A stretch of DNA of 64,000 nucleotides from Raillietiella orientalis (lineage: Eukaryota), in assembly GCA_036172245.1 (NCBI GenBank), contig JAYWIR010000001.1, forward strand, positions 2,232,001 through 2,296,000, read 5' to 3'. A model generated the notes under the pieces. It searched no databases and was not told the DNA's origin. It worked only from the letters and a program-made list of their open reading frames with translations. The stretch's first letter is position 1. The number at the start of each line of letters is the position of its first letter. This document shows positions 62,808-64,000 of this stretch, piece by piece. The position numbers and the translations under genes were made by a program.

Positions 62808-62899
62808 GAAGCAACCCCGCTGCCATCCACGTGGCCACGTCCGGCAGCGCCAGGTGCCCTTCTCCTCCCTGGCCACCCTACAGCAGCTGGTGGATCTGA
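62808..62899 (+). CDS. Dpr/zig-8-like protein, terminal coding exon
   Basis: Polypyrimidine tract + TTCCAG acceptor, phase 1. Reads GSNPAAIHVATSGSARCPSPPWPPYSSWWI*; GxxPAA is the typical post-Ig2 Dpr motif. TGA at 62897-99. Confidence 0.75.
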
Positions 62900-62957
62900 T
62901 AGCGCCAGGCACACACATCCTTGCGGACTAACACGAAGGACGAGGGACTATTTTCTT

Positions 62958-62963
62958 AATAAA
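62958..62963 (+). promoter_or_regulatory. Candidate polyadenylation signal of the Dpr-like gene
   Basis: AATAAA 58 nt after the stop codon, followed by a GT-rich stretch (GTGTTCT). Confidence 0.55.
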
Positions 62964-63269
62964 GTGTTCTGCCAAATGCGCGTGACCTCTGTCTCCCCCC
63001 TCGCACTCCCGGATCGAGAAGTTCCATCCGGACATCGCGGGAGCGGCGATCCACCCGACCTCACAGGAGGACAGTTCAAGCGGGAGGGGATTTGTCTGGG
63101 AAGCTGGCGAGGGAAAGAAAAGGTCGATTCCTCCGCGCGGAGATCTCCTTCAGAGATCATCCCTTCAATGGCGTCTTCCAGGTGCTCTTTCTCTCCTTGG
63201 TGGGAAGGTGCGTCGCAACGACTGGAGGCTGAGCATTCTCCGGGGGTCCGTTGCCAAAGACCGCTCACC

Positions 63270-63770
63270 TCCCCCTTGCGCGAGTGAGTGTCGAAGAGCG
63301 CTGCGGGGAAGGGAGGGGAAAGAAGACGGGAGGCTGGTGGAGACGCCTCTTGGGAGCTATTTGACACTGTTCCAGACAGTCCGGGGGCGTGCGTTGACTT
63401 TTCAGATAATGGGGGTCATCCCAAGAATTAGGAAGGACTCCGGAGGAGGAATTGGTTCCTCCCACTCTTGGGAGGGAATTCCCAAGGGAGAACCCTCGAC
63501 CTGATTGTTTCCGAAGGGAACCACCTCTTCCTCCTTCCCAGAGGGACCCCCGGTTTGTGGGGTTGCTCATTGCTTCTTCGGAGAGTCCCCTGTTCCTCCC
63601 TCTGGAAGGAACCTCGGAGGGAGGCAGCACACCTCTTCACACCGTGGAGAGCCATCGATCCACCGGCTCCACGGTGCGCAAAGGAGTATCGACTCCCAAA
63701 AGGCAGGGTGGCTCCGTTTCCACAGCCAAAAGGCAACCCCGAAGGGTCAACCTGCGAATCCTGGCGGCCA
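63270..63770 (-). mobile_element. Same SINE family, diverged 3' part
   Basis: GTTCCTCCCACTCTTGGGAGGGA...CCTGATTGTTTCCGAAGGGAACC aligns to 60480-60565. Confidence 0.5.
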
Positions 63771-64000
63771 GCCAACGGGGGCACCTGACGTCCAGCAGAG
63801 CCGCCGCACCCGAAGAGGCCGACTGGCGTCGTCCCGCCAGGAGGGACCGGAAACCCACGGCGCAGGCCTTGTTTCCCTGGCAACGTCACTAGGCAGGAAG
63901 GCGCGAGCTCCCTCCGTGCCTCTTGCAGAGGTCGGGTGGGCCACTTGGGGCTCCCGAAAGGAGGAGCGAGGAGGCAGCGAACCCTCTCTCTGATGCGACC

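Noticed and set aside
61921..62931. 336-aa ORF (and the overlapping 267-aa ORF 62484..63287) as single-exon genes
   Set aside because: Only the splice-bounded parts are Ig-like. The remainder is read-through of GC-rich intron or UTR.
1..64000. CRISPR array, operon or other prokaryotic system
   Set aside because: No regularly spaced repeats and no dense long ORFs. Spliceosomal introns and eukaryotic TEs dominate.

Overview
Eukaryotic, probably arthropod, genomic DNA. No prokaryotic features, rRNA or CRISPR array are visible. One intact spliced gene lies on the + strand: five coding exons (53818-62899, canonical GT-AG introns, AATAAA at 62958) encoding a two-Ig-domain protein of the Dpr/zig-8-like IgSF group. 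Its signal-peptide exon was not located. Almost everything else, including the introns, is a graveyard of decayed transposons: (1) many L1/Tx1-like LINE remnants (ORF1 knuckles, APE, RT), including five copies of one 3' end; (2) NeSL/Utopia-like RLE retrotransposon fragments; (3) a fold-back mariner derivative; (4) about six copies of a long, hairpin-rich tRNA-headed SINE, two of them full length with target-site duplications. Notable oddities are the UUCG/GNRA-rich SINE, a LINE terminus without poly(A), recurrent fold-back and templated inverted duplications, a decayed intronless ORF of unknown origin at 17.7-19.5 kb, and a Dpr C-terminus with no obvious GPI signal. All assignments come from motif reading and by-eye alignment; TE boundaries are approximate unless a TSD or TIR is quoted.
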